NCBI RefSeq assembly: GCF_009914755.1
Contig: NC_060927.1
Strand: one strand, 5' to 3'
Length of the DNA: 64,000 nucleotides
Origin: the human T2T-CHM13v2.0 reference genome, Homo sapiens
The position numbers were made by a program, and so were the translations under genes. Positions 46,271-59,374 of the stretch are shown here, piece by piece (the stretch's first letter is position 1; every line of letters begins with the position of its first letter). The notes under the pieces are model-generated. The model saw only the letters and a list, made by a program, of their open reading frames with translations, was not told the DNA's origin and did no database searches.

Positions 46271-47761
46271 AAGTTACCACTCCCATAAACTTTGTAAACC
46301 AAATTAAGAAATAAATAAATAAGACATTGAAAAATATAGACAAAGAAAATAAGACATTGATGAATAAAGAAATGACATATCACAGCTACTTTTAGGCTCC
46401 TCCCAACGAGTAAAACAAGCAAAACACCAGATATCTTGGCATAAAAATGGATTCCCTGACTATGAAATGACTTTTTCCTTGCATCTACTTTCTGTCTTCC
46501 ATGAGAAATTGCTATTTTTGCCTGAGGTCCCAAAAACTAATGGCAAAGGAAGCACACAGGACAATTTAGGGGAACAAGTCATTTTCAAGAATTATTTGGG
46601 AAGGATTCTTAAGTTACTTTACATAGGGTGTTTTTTCAAGAAAAGAAAAACATGACTCAGGAAATGCCCTTTGCAGAGCAAGCTTTCTATTTTCTTACTC
46701 TTAATGTCTTACAGGCAAGAAAACCTTGATCTAACAAACTGAAATTAGATAAACTGTGGTTGTCACTTTTATTTTGTCAGATCAATGTGTTGAATAAATT
46801 TATGCAGCATCCAATTCCAAACCTAATATTGTGCAAACATAGGCCACTTTCTCTAAAGATCAGAAAATACAGAAACATCAGTAGAGATGTAAAAAAAAAC
46901 CCACTTCCAAACAAATGTACAATGCTAAGAAAACAAAGTAACAAATTCCTTCATAAAATAGAATAAAAATTTAAATAAACAGATGATATTAATTGCATTT
47001 TCCTGTGATCTTGAATCAGAAATGAGGAGTTTTGACAAGAGACAGATTGTGCAATGCAATAGACAGTGCATGACATATCATATATTATTTTTTTAAAAGT
47101 CAATATTAGACATTATTTTAGAATTTTTAAGAGAAATAATAAGATACCAAAAATAAAGCAGACACAGAATATATGATCAAATATCCATGAAACAGTAATT
47201 CTGGGAGAGAGAATAGTCAGAGAAGTAAAAATCAAAGTAATACAAACAGAGATTCCTATGCAGAATCAACACAATACTTTATAACGAGGAAATTCAGCAA
47301 GTACTGGTGGTATTAAGATGCCCACACTTAAAAATTATTTTGTTGAAGTTTTCACTTTCCAAATCTCAGATAAACTACAATTATACAGAGGAAAAAATAC
47401 AATGTATCAGTGAATAGAAAATAAATACATTTTTTAAATGCATTGGAATTATCATAGTGAACCAGATCCTGGTGTAGATTTTGCACGTGGAAATTAGTGA
47501 ATTCCAAAATATAGTTTTCAGAATATCCCTCTGGTTTATCTGTGATAGACCAGCACCCTTCATTGAAGTGGAAGTAAAGCAGGAGGGATGAATTTGTAAG
47601 TAGAATAATGCAAAATAATTTAAAGTGGTCTCTGATGAATTTGTGAGGCTTCTAGGCTGGAATTTCCAGATGTTACATTATAAATTGGTTTTAGGAAGTG
47701 ATAAAATTATTTAAACTGTGGAGTGGATAAATTAGTTTCCTTGAACATTAAAATTTTAATT

Positions 47762-48093
47762 TGTTTTATTTCTTTTTATTATACTTTAAGTTCTGGGGTA
47801 TGTGTGCAGAACGTGCAGTTTTGTTACATAGGTAAACATGTGCCATGGTGGTTTGCTGCACCCATCAACCTGTCACCTACATTAGGTATTTCTCCTAATG
47901 TTATCCCTCCCCAGCCCCCCTCCCCCGACAGGCCCCAGTGTGTGATGTTCCCCTCCCAATGTCCATGTGTTCTCATTGTTCAGCTCCCACTTATGAGTGA
48001 GAACATGCAGAGTTTGGTTTTCTGTTCTTGTGATAGTTTGCTGAGAATGATGGTTTCCAGCTTCATCCATGTCCCTGCAAAGGACATGAACTC
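47762..48093 (-). mobile_element. L1PA7-like 3' end fragment
   Basis: ttatactttaagttctggggtatgtgtgcagaacgtgcag...aggacatgaactc. Confidence 0.9.
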
Positions 48094-48319
48094 TAATCAC
48101 TTACTTCATTTTAATTTATTCCATTGAGTGCTTATTCTATACCTGATTTTAATTTGAATTTTTTAAATAAACTATCTAATGTAATCATTGTAATAAAACT
48201 TAGTAGTGGGGATTACTATCTCCATCTTAAATGAGAAAACTGATATTCCAATTTTATGTTGAGGTCTTTGGTAGGTAATTCACGTAATTTGACTAGGGCC
48301 TGAGTTTTAACAGCATTCT

Positions 48320-48563
48320 TTTATTTTATTATTATACTTTAAGTTTTAGGGTATGTGTGCACAACGTGCAGGTTAGTTACATATGTATACATGTGCCATG
48401 TTGGTGTGCTGCACCCATTAACTCATCATTTAACATTAGGTATATCTCCTAATGCTATCCCTCCCCCCTCCCCCCACCCCACAACAGGTCCCGGTGTGTG
48501 GTGTTCCCCTTCTTGTGTCCATGTGTTCTCATTGTTCAATTCCCACCTATGAGTGAGAACATG
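48320..48563 (-). mobile_element. L1PA3-5-like 3' end fragment
   Basis: Young L1 3' UTR text; 9-bp TSD cagcattct at 48311-48319 and 48564-48572. Confidence 0.92.
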
Positions 48564-48862
48564 CAGCATTCTAACTGGTGATTTTACCATTAATCATTGC
48601 TCCCTGATGCCATTTTCCACATTGAATCTTGACTGATGTTCCCACTGCCTTCAAGATAAAGTCCAAATACCATCATCTATTCTCTTCAAAATCTGGCCTT
48701 CCTCTTACTTATTTCCTGAAATGTTCTATACCTCTCTCTTCTACAGAAACCTCAGTGTCAGATTTTGACACACTGAGCTGTACTCTTTTGATCAGCTTTG
48801 CACTTGCAAACAGGTTCTTCTGCTTTGAATCCCTGTCTTTTGTCTCACACCAGGCTACATTC

Positions 48863-49450
48863 TGTGAACCCAAAGTATCTGAGACAGGTCTCAGTCAATT
48901 TAGAAAGTGTATTTTGCCAAGGTTAAGGATGTGCCTGTGACACAGCCTCAAGAAGTCCTGACAACATGTGCCCAAGGTGCTCAGGGTACACCTTGCTTTT
49001 ATACATTTTAGGGAGGCAGAATACATCAATCAATACATGTAAGATATACATTGACTCGATCTGGAAGGACGGGGTGGGACAACTTGAAGATGGGGGGGGT
49101 TCCAGGTAATAGGTGGATTTATAAATGTTCTGACTGGCAATTGGTTGAAAGAGTTATTATTAGTAGAAAGAAATGTCTGGGTTATGATAAAAGGTGGTGG
49201 AGATCAAGGTTTTATCACGCAGATGAAGCCTCCAAGCAGTAGGCTTCAGAGAGAGCACATTGAGAATGTTTCTTATCACACATAAGGTCTGTGATGATGT
49301 TAATACTGGAGGGGTATAATGAGGCATACTGGAACTCCTCTTCCATCACGGCCTTAACTAGTATTTCAGGTTAACTCTGGAATGTCCTTGGCTGAGAGGA
49401 GGGGTCTATTCAGATGAGTGGGGGCCTTAGAAGTTTGTTTTTGATTTACA
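48863..49450 (-). mobile_element. MER4-family solo LTR (MER4B-like) inserted in an L2 relic
   Basis: tgtgaacccaaagtatctgagacaggtctcagtcaatttagaaag...gatttaca; flanks 48600-48860 and 49451-49735 look like an L2 3' end. Confidence 0.85.
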
Positions 49451-50177
49451 GTTTCATTCAGCTTTTGGGACTATTGCAAAGGTCATTTTCTCTAAGAAGT
49501 GTTCTCTTCCTCTCCTGAATTTCAAATAGATATCACCTCCTGTTTCCACTCTTTTCATACCTGTGTCACTGTACTTTTTACACTATACTGTAGCTTTTGC
49601 TTTATTTTCCCTTTCTCCATTAATAGATCTTAAAATCCCTGAGATTATTTTCTATAATTTAGAAATTGTTTTTAATCTCTAGTGTTTGACACATTGTTAG
49701 ACATAATAAATGCTCAACTAGTATTTATTGAAAAGTAGATTACAAACAGAAACTTAAAAGGAAAATTTATGTAAGTTGATAACTTTAGAAACAATATTTC
49801 AACAGTAATTGGAAAAGGCATATTTAAGCAAATGCACATTGAAAAGTCTATAAAATATTAGAAGTTAAACAGAAAATACAAAAATATTTTTCCAAATGTA
49901 TAAGTAAATTAATAATGTTATTACAGGAAAAACATAATAATTAGACTTCTAAGACAATAAAAAATATAGAAAATTAGATGAAGACACTTTTCACAATTAG
50001 GTAAATAAAACATTTAGTTAATAATATGCAAAATATTCAACACATTAAGAATCAAGATATATAATTTTGATCTAAGTAGCAACTATTAAACAATTTCATT
50101 TGTTACAGTGATGCACAAGCTGGGCAGTACTTTTCATGAACTCATAGTGGGACTATAAATAAGAATGGACTTGGTAC

Positions 50178-50770
50178 TGATGGGACTTACAGCATGCTAC
50201 CCCAAAATATGGCAACATGGCATACTGAGTATGCCAGTATTAAAATACTCAGTATGCCAGGGTACCATATTTTGGGGTAGCTGAAGGAATTAGAGAGTCA
50301 TAGAAGCAGTACGTTCCCGCGAAGCTTTTGCTGCCCTTCTATCCTCAACTAGGTCATAAAACTTAGAAATAATTCTCTGATTGTCCCCTGGAACAAGTAA
50401 TAAGATTTTCATGTGAGAGATGCCCGCCCTATACCTAGAGAAAAGGAGTGTCATTATCCTGGAAAACACAGGGATATAGAGAAGAATCTAAACAAACAGG
50501 CCTGGATAAGTTCCCCTCAGCTATTACTATTAGATCATACCACTTTTTGTCCAATCAGACTTCTCTACAACTGTCTGCTCTTCATCAAACCTATGCGTAA
50601 AAACATATAGGACTCCCTGTTTCTTTAGGTCTTCATTTATAAGGTTTCTGTGCCAGGTAAAACTTGAATAAATTTGTATGTTTTTCTCATGTTAATCTGT
50701 TTTTGTCAGTTTTATTTTCAGAACCATCTTGGGACCTTAACAGGGTAGAGGAAAACCCTCCTCCCCTACA
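50178..50770 (+). mobile_element. Old ERV1 solo LTR (MER31/MER67-like) carrying an inverted duplication
   Basis: tgatggg...gctaccccaaaatatggc...aataaatttgtatg...cccctaca; CCAAT near 50551; near-TSD gtac/ttac. Confidence 0.7.
50196..50281. repeat. Inverted repeat, 37-bp arms with 12-nt spacer
   Basis: 50196-50232 versus the reverse complement of 50245-50281: 34/37 identical. Confidence 0.95.
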
Positions 50771-53518
50771 TTACAAATAATATAATTATATATCTAAAGC
50801 ATTAAGTTTCTAACAATCTTGAACCAGTTTTATCTTAGTAATAAATTACTTTTAAAATGGCAAAATGCATTCCAAAATATGTAGACAAAGATGATCATTG
50901 AAAGGTTATTTATCATAAGAAAATTAGAAACCATTCTCATGTTTGATATTAACAGTAATTTTGAGTAAATTGTATATATGTCAGTGTAACGGAATTATAT
51001 AATACTATAATATTATACCTATATTATAATATACATAAAAAAATTTCAAAAATTATGTTCTGTGAAAGTTGCATATATTATGTAAATTAAAACACATATG
51101 CAAGTAATAAAGAATATTAACAATTATGTCTACAAAATAGTAAGGATTATGAATCCTAAATTTTTATTTTTTTAAATATTTTTTCTCTATTAAGTATATT
51201 TAATGATCAGAAGAAGAGTAGGCTTAACACCTAATAAAAAAGGATAATATAATTATGGAAATCAGGAAAAAGTAAATAGCATGAACTATGAAATATCTTT
51301 ACATTCTAAACATTAATTCATTGAACAACTTTTGTGTTTGCCACTCAGAATGTTATAAATATAAAATCAAACAATTGAGAGTCCCTGGAATTCAGGCTTC
51401 TAGTGTCTAGCAGATTATATATGTATATCTGAAAAGAAATTGTAAGACCATTGAAATAATCAAATGCCAAATGGGCGTAACAGAGCCACATCCAAATAAT
51501 TACTATAGCTACATCATCTAAATAAAAAATAATCTTTACTATGTCATGTAACTAAATACATGCACACAAACATATGGATAGAAAACAGTGATCAAATGTA
51601 CAAACAACAAAAGTTAGTTATAACCAGCAGAGAATCACCACAAAATGGCAGATATATTCTGCCAATTAGGAAGAAAATGTTCTTCTAGGTTATATAAGGT
51701 GATCCTACTGTTTGTTCCCACAAAAGGGAATTCTGCATAGAATACTGTATTATTCTGACAACTGATTAGCATTTTGATGTGCTCAAAATTTGTTCACATG
51801 AAAATGAATTATTAAGGCAGACAGCAATTCAAAGTAACAGATGAAACTATTGCACAAGAATTTTTTCTATATTTTTAAATAATTGGTTGCCAAAGAATAT
51901 ACTCAAGGTTAATTCTTCCTTCTCTGATTACCGCAGAGGTAAAGCTGTGACCAATATAAAAAAAAATTATATTGAGACAAAAGTATTCCTTCTGTCAATT
52001 TAGTCTGCTAAAAGTTAAAACAAAACCCAGGCATTATCTTTTTGTTTAGTAAATAATGATAAAATATTATATCTCAAGATTATCAGAGAGTGTTGATATT
52101 TTCTTTTACATAGTAGAGACAAAAAATGAAAATATCATAAAATAATATATTTTGTTAGTAAAAGAGAAGTATCTTGAAACTTGTAAATTATATTTCTACA
52201 AGACTTCTCCAATTTGTAACATTTCATACTCTATTAATTGCTGTTAGAATGATGATCTAAATATACACTCTATAAAAACTGCATTCTTGGTTAAACACAA
52301 AAGGTGATTATTTTTTATATACCTTTCTGAAATAAAAATGTTATATTAAGATGATGAAGATGACTGTTCTTTTAAAAATTGCAACATTAAAAGTAAATTA
52401 CAAGTAGTTGAAATGTGTTTAAACTGTGCTTGGCCCTAATTGTGATAAGGGACTCACAGTTTACATTCTGAATATGCATTTGCTGTTTTGGTTCATAGTG
52501 TATTTAGTAAATGACCTCTTCTAGCACAGCAAATGTCACCTTAGTGGCTCATAAGTACTAATGTACAGCCAAAAATTGTCAGCCCTCACTCCCAATGCCA
52601 CTTCACTCTTATAGTACCATGCTCGCAGCTCCATTGTTGATTCAATTTTCAGGATATAAGAATAGGTAATTATTTCAACATGTTTTAGTGTAGGCAAAAA
52701 ACAGTTCAATATCTCTTTTACAATGCAAAAGGACTGTATTTGGAGATCTGGGAGATACATTATAAATATGTTATAGGCAAAGACATTTTTATCCTATTAT
52801 ATTCCATGCAACAAACATTTTTGGCTCAAATACATATTTTAAAAATTAATTATAATGTATTTGGTCACTATTATTGGCTTCTTTAACCTTCTTAATTTCA
52901 CTGACATTTGCTCATTTAAAAAAAAATACCTCACACTGTGTAAAATATAGCAAACCAATGTCATCCTTGTATTTCCTGTGCCCCCAGCTATCTGCAGTTT
53001 GAAAAGGAAACCACAAGAAGATAATGCGGTCTATTATTTTTTTTTTAAAAATGTATATTTTATGGGTTGTAAGATATTCTATTGGCACAAGTAAAGTGAA
53101 TAAGGTTTATTGAGACCAATGATATAAAAGCTCAGATAGAACTTGGAGCTGCTGGTTTAAGATTTAAATGTTGTTGAAAATAAGAGAGCCTATTTTGCTC
53201 TGGTATGAACTCTGAAATAAACACTTAACACTTACATTTATAGATAACATTATTTTTACTTATTAAAAATATGCTTTATTTTTCCAATTTGACTTTTATA
53301 ATTAATTAGTTTTAATCATGTAGCTTTAGCATACCCTTTCTTTCAAAATGTTTAGTGTTTTTAAACTATTAAGATCTTTGAAATTATTCTCAGCAATAAC
53401 ACGTTTTTAAAAATTTGCCAACTTTAAGAATTTCTAGGAAAAAATACATCCTTAAAAAGTGATTTACAACCAAAACAAAGCTTTCAACTGAAAAGATTAT
53501 TTTAATAATCAATTTGGC

Positions 53519-54612
53519 AACCTAGGCAATACCATTCAGGACATAGGCATGGGCAAAGACTTCATGACTAAAACACAAAAAACAATTGCAGCAAAAGCTG
53601 AAATTGACAAATAAGATCTAATTAAACTGAAGAACTTCCGCACAGCAAAAGAAGCTATCATCAGTGTGAACAGGCAAGCTACAGAATGGGAGAAAATTTT
53701 TGCAATCTACTCATCTGACAAAGAGCTAATATCCAGAATCTACAAGGAACTTAAACAAATGTACAAGAAGAAAACAAACAACCTCTTCAAAAAGTGGGAG
53801 AAGGATATGAACAGACAGTTTTCAAAAGAAAACATTCATGCGGCCAACAAACATATGAAAAAAAGCTCATTATCACTGGTCGTTAGAGAAATGCAAATCA
53901 AAACTACAATGAGATACCATCTTACACCACTAGGAATGGCTATCATTAAAAAGTCAGGAAACAACAGATGCTGGAGAGGATGTACAGAAATAGGAATGCT
54001 TTTACACTGTTGGTGGGAGTGTAAATTATTTCAACCATTGTGGAAGACAATGTGGCAATTCCTCAAGGATCTAGAACCAGAAATACCATTTGACCCAGCA
54101 ATCCCATTATTGAGTATATACCTAAAAAACTATAAATCATTCTACTATAAAGATAGGTGCACTCCTCTGTTTATTGCAGCACTATTCAGAAAAGCAATGA
54201 CTTGGAACCAACCCAAATGTCCATCAAAACAGACTGGATAAAGAAAATATGGCACATATACACCATGGAATACTATGCAGCCATAAAAAAGATGAGTTCA
54301 TGTCTTTGCAGGGACATGGATGAAGCTGAAAAGCATCATTTTCAGCAAATTAACACAGGAACAGGACACCAAACACAGCATGTTCTCACTCATAAGTGGG
54401 AGTTGAAAAATGAGGACATACGGGCACAGGGAGAGAAACATCACACACTGGGTCCTGTCGGGGGGTGGGGGACAAGGGGAGGGATAGCATTAGGAGAAAT
54501 ATCTAATGTAGGTGGCGGGTTTATGGGTGCAGCAAACCACTGTGGCACATGTATACCCATGTAACAAACCTGCACTTTCTACACATGTATCCCATAACTT
54601 AAAGTATAATAA
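53519..54612 (+). mobile_element. 5'-truncated L1PA7/8-like
   Basis: ORF 53666-54241 is the ORF2 C-terminus (HCWWEC); 3' UTR and tail follow; degenerate TSD-like repeat at 53491-53514 / 54613-54636. Confidence 0.93.
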
Positions 54613-55648
54613 AAAAGATAATTTTGATAATTAATTATGCACATCTTCATCAATTCCTAAGGAATTGATGGTCATTAAAGTGCTCAAAATGCATGCTCAA
54701 AATATGTTATATATTTATTTTTTTAAGAATCCATAAGTATATAACAACAGTTTGAAATATAATCTATGTAAAATTCATACCCTAAATTGTTCTGAAATGC
54801 ATGTGGTGGCTTTGTTTATTTAATTAGTGATTACCGTATTTTGTGGCTTTACATTCTATATATGATTTTAAGCAGTGTAGCCACATTGTTGGTGTTCCAA
54901 AAAAGAAAATGTGGTGTATGGGAAACCACAGATTTATTTATTATTCAAGATTTGAGGTAGACTACTTAAAATACTATTAAAGTAGATTAGAAATATTGAT
55001 TTTGAAGGTCTGCTAACAACTGCACCAAATGCATACATTATGCATGTTTACCTTGTTTATGGACGATAATCTAAGTATGCTTACTTGTAAGGGCAATAAT
55101 TTGTGGTTCAATTTTAAATAACTTCTCAGTCATTAATAAGATATTACAGATACAGAATACATGTTAGCTTAAAATAGTCAATAATATGGTCAACTATGGT
55201 TAATAAAGAAAATAAGTTCAATAAATCACATTGCTGCTTAATAGATTTATTTTCTCTAGAGGCATAGCTTTATAAATAAGGAATCTAGCAATCAAAGTAA
55301 ATGTCTTTGGAAAAACATAGTGTGTTTCATAGTATCTGAAGAGTTTTTTAAATTTATTTTAATTTTTTGACCTACCTAGAATACATGTAATTATATTAAA
55401 ATATATGTCACTACTTAAATGTGTTAATATCCATCTGCATAATTATCTAAATCAATTGCATTTATAGATCTTATCTATACCAATTTGTATATTCTGTCAA
55501 TAAGTTTCTTTTACAATATATATGATTTTATAAATATTATCTGTAGCTTCTCCCCCTCCCCACCACATAAAACAACATCACAGGATGAATTTTGAGAAAG
55601 AAAGTTATTAAAACATACATAAAAAAACAAACCTCAAATATATGGTGA

Positions 55649-56002
<354 letters not shown>

Positions 56003-56904
56003 TAGACATACATAAATATGTATGTTTAAACCAAACTGAACTATGTTTAAACCAAACTGACCCAAACTGAAACATTGGTTCTCTGGCATCCAAAAAATGA
56101 ACTTTACTTCTTATTTGGAGCAATCAGCAGTGTAGAAATACAGGACACACAAGACCCAGATATATTCTTTTGAAGAGAATATATCAGGGAGTAATATATT
56201 GATTTGCAGGCAACAGGATACTTAGAAGGCAAGACCTTCCATAAGTTTATGAGAAACTTTCTCACTTGCTTTGGTGACTTTTATAATTTGGGCAATATAC
56301 TAACAAGGATGGAAATTCTTGATCTCTTCAGTAGAAAGTAAAATTTGTTTTTTATTCAAGTATACTGGATGAACAATTAAAAAGTTACACTTGTTGACTG
56401 CAAAGGACTCAGGAGCTAACAACTGTTTTCCCATGAGCATTCATTCAGAGCCTTGGAGAAATGTGTGCATTAAAAATGCCTGTAACATGTTTTGCACATT
56501 GAAGAAGGAATTTTTATAGACATACACTCCAGTACTGGGAGTTTAAAAACAAAAAGATGGGGTTTGCACCAAGGCTTTTTTGGCCGTTTGAAGATATACA
56601 TTTATGAATAATAGATCAGAGATTAATAATGAGCATGATGAGCAATTTATAAGATAATTAGAAATCTTGTAGCTTCCAGAAACATTTTTATTACTCATAA
56701 AGCTACAGGAAAGTTCTACCACATGTAATTACTCATAGAGAAAATAGATAGTGATAATAATAATAAATTATTTATATAAAAATAAATTAGATAAAAATAA
56801 AGACAGGAAAAATGTTAGAGGAAATTGAAATTGCAGAATTTTGAAAAGGAGAAAATTAATGAGTTTTGTTTTATAATTTGAAAAATGAATTTGTCAGTTT
56901 TGTT

Positions 56905-57050
56905 TCATGAGTTCAAATTCTGATTTATTTTCTTACCACTTGCATGACTTAGAGCAAGTTTTTTCAACAGTAATGTGCATTTTTATTCTTCTGCCAAGTG
57001 AGATAATAATTTCTTAATTTGTCATTGTGATTAAATGAGATATATATTTC
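56905..57050 (+). mobile_element. MIR relic
   Basis: gagttcaaattctg...tgcatgacttagagcaagtt...gtgagataataat...gtgattaaatgagat core. Confidence 0.6.
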
Positions 57051-57800
57051 TCATTCTATACATTTAAAGAAAATTTAAATTTGTTGTGGCAATATATTCC
57101 TAGAATTCAAGTTTCTAATAGTCAGGATGAGTAGACACTGGCCAAAACAATGCTGTCAGAAGACAATACAATCAGAGAAGATTTATGCTAAGTAGATTTT
57201 AAATACAATTGAATTATTTAATATGAATGCAGGTAATTCATCATGGCAAAGAAACAAAAGTTTCTTTCAGACAGTAATTGAATAAAATTGTGCTAACTTC
57301 TGTTTAAAACTATCCTGGTTAGTAAAAATAAGACAATATTGGTAGATCTCTGTATTTAACCACAAAAAGCATTGTATATTCTGCTAAATACAATTATAAA
57401 TAATGAGAACACCAAATTAAATAATACAGGAAAAGTACATGATATTAGCAAAGTATTATAATCCCTAAGATATGGAAGGGCTATTACATAAGCAGAAGGA
57501 GTAAAATTTAATTCGGCCATTGTATTAGTCCATTCTCACTGCTATAATGATACTACCAGAGACTAGGTTTTTTATAAAGAAATAAGGTTTAATTGACTCA
57601 CAGTTCCGCTTGGCTGGTGAGGCCTCAGTAAATTTACAATTATGGTGGAAGGCAAACAGAAAGAAAGGCACATTAACATGGTGGCAAAATAGAGAGAAAG
57701 AAAGTGCCACACTTTAAAACACTCAGGTCTCATGAGAACTCACTCACTGTCATGACATCCACATGGAGGAGATTACCTTTGTAATAAAAGTACCTCCCAC

Positions 57801-59231
57801 TGAGAGGTGACAGCGTGCTGGCAGCCCTCGCAGCCCTAGCTCACTGTCGGCTCCTCTTCAGCCTCGGTGCCCACTCTGGCCACGCATGAGGAGCCCTTCA
57901 GCCCACTGCTGCACTGTGGGACCCCCTCTCTGGGCTGGCTGAGGCCGGAGCTGGCTCCCTCTGCTTGCAGGGAGGTGTGGAGGGAGAGGCGCAGGTGGGA
58001 ACCGGGGCTGTGGGTGGCGATCTCAGGCTGAGTTCTGGGTGGGCATGGGCTTGGCAGGCCCTGCACTCAGAGCAGCCGGCCGGTGCCGCCGGCCCTGTGC
58101 AGTGAGGGGCTTAGCACCTGGGCCAGCAGCTGCAGAGGGTGCGCCGGGTCCTCCAGCAGTGCTGGCCCACCAGCACTGTGCTCAAATTCTTGCCAGGCCT
58201 CAGCTGCCTCCCCACGGGGCAGGGCTCGAGACCTGCAGCCAACCATGCCCGAGCCTGCCCCCCGCCGTGGGCTCCTGCATGGCCTGAGCCTCCCTGATGA
58301 GTGCCGCCCCCTGCTCCACAGGGCCCAGTCCCATGGACAGCCCAAGGGCTGAGGAATGCAGGTGCGTGGCGCAGGACTGGCAGGCAGCTCTGCCTGCGGC
58401 CCTGATGGAGGATCCACTAGGCCAAGCCAGCTGGGCTCCTGAGTTGGGTGGAGACTTGGAGAAATTTATGTCTAGCTACAGGTTTGTAAAGACACCAATC
58501 GGCACCCTGTGTCTAGCTCAAGGTTTGTAAATGCACCAATCAGTACTCTGTCTGGCTAATCTAGTGGGGACTTGGAGAACTTTTACCTCTAGCTAGAGGA
58601 TTGTCAATGCACCAATCAGCACTCTGTGTCTAGCTGAGGGATTGTAAACACACCAATCAGCACCCTGTCAAAATGGACCAATCAGCAATCTGTAAAATGG
58701 GCTAATCAGCTCTCTGTAAAATGGACCAATCAGCAGGATGTGGGTGGGGTCAGATAAGGGAATAAAAGCAGGCTGCTTGAGCCAGCAGCAGCAACTCCCT
58801 CGGGTTCCCTTCCACAGTGTGGAAGCTTTGTTGATTCGCTCTTTGCAATAAATCTTACTGCTGCTCTCTGTTTGGATCCACCCTGCCTTTAGGAGCTGTA
58901 ACAATCACCGCGAAGGTCTGCAGCTTCACTCCTGAGGCCAGCGAGACCATGAACACACCTGGAGGAATGAACAGCTCTGGATGGGAGGAACAAACAACTC
59001 CAGACATGCCGCCTTAAGAGCTGTAACGCTCACCGCGAAGGTCTGCAGCTTCACTCCTGAAGCCAGCAACACCAACAAACCCACCAGAAGGAAGAAACTC
59101 TGAACACGTCCGAACATCAGAAGGAACAAACTCCAGACACACCATTTTTAAGAACTGTAACACTCACTGCGAGGGTCCACGGCTTCATTCTTGAAGTCAG
59201 TGAGACCAAGAACCCACCAAATCCAGACACA
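57801..59231 (+). mobile_element. LTR12 (C/D/E group) solo LTR, ERV9
   Basis: tgagaggtgacagcgtgctggcagccc...aatccagacaca; GC-rich U3; tandem CCAATC units; perfect 4-bp TSD ccac (57797-57800, 59232-59235). Confidence 0.95.
58490..58800 (+). promoter_or_regulatory. LTR12 U3 enhancer/promoter: CCAAT (NF-Y) repeats, GATA site, AATAAA TATA-like box
   Basis: Six ccaatc copies between 58495 and 58731, cagataag at 58751, gggaataaaagc at 58758; matches the known ERV9 LTR layout. Confidence 0.75.
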
Positions 59232-59374
59232 CCACCATGTCACTTCCTCAACACATGGGGATTAGAATTCGATATGAGGTTTGGGTGGGAATGCAAAGCA
59301 AAACCATATCATTCTGCCCCAGCCCCTGCCAAATCTCATGTCCTTTTTACATTTCAAACCCAATCATGTCATCC

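Noticed and set aside
47505-47602. Possible 74-nt exon (ttttcag|...|gtaagt)
   Set aside because: Weak polypyrimidine tract, no partner exons or recognisable product; expected by chance in 64 kb
56159-56187. Short hairpin gatatattct...agaatatatc
   Set aside because: A 10-bp AT-rich stem is within chance expectation
57836-58530. GC-rich, CpG-island-like segment with overlapping ORFs
   Set aside because: Entirely the U3 region of LTR12; the ORFs reflect low stop-codon frequency in GC-rich DNA
58490-59200. Regularly spaced direct repeats superficially like a CRISPR array
   Set aside because: Known LTR12 U3 and U5 tandem units with no unique spacers; eukaryotic DNA with no cas genes
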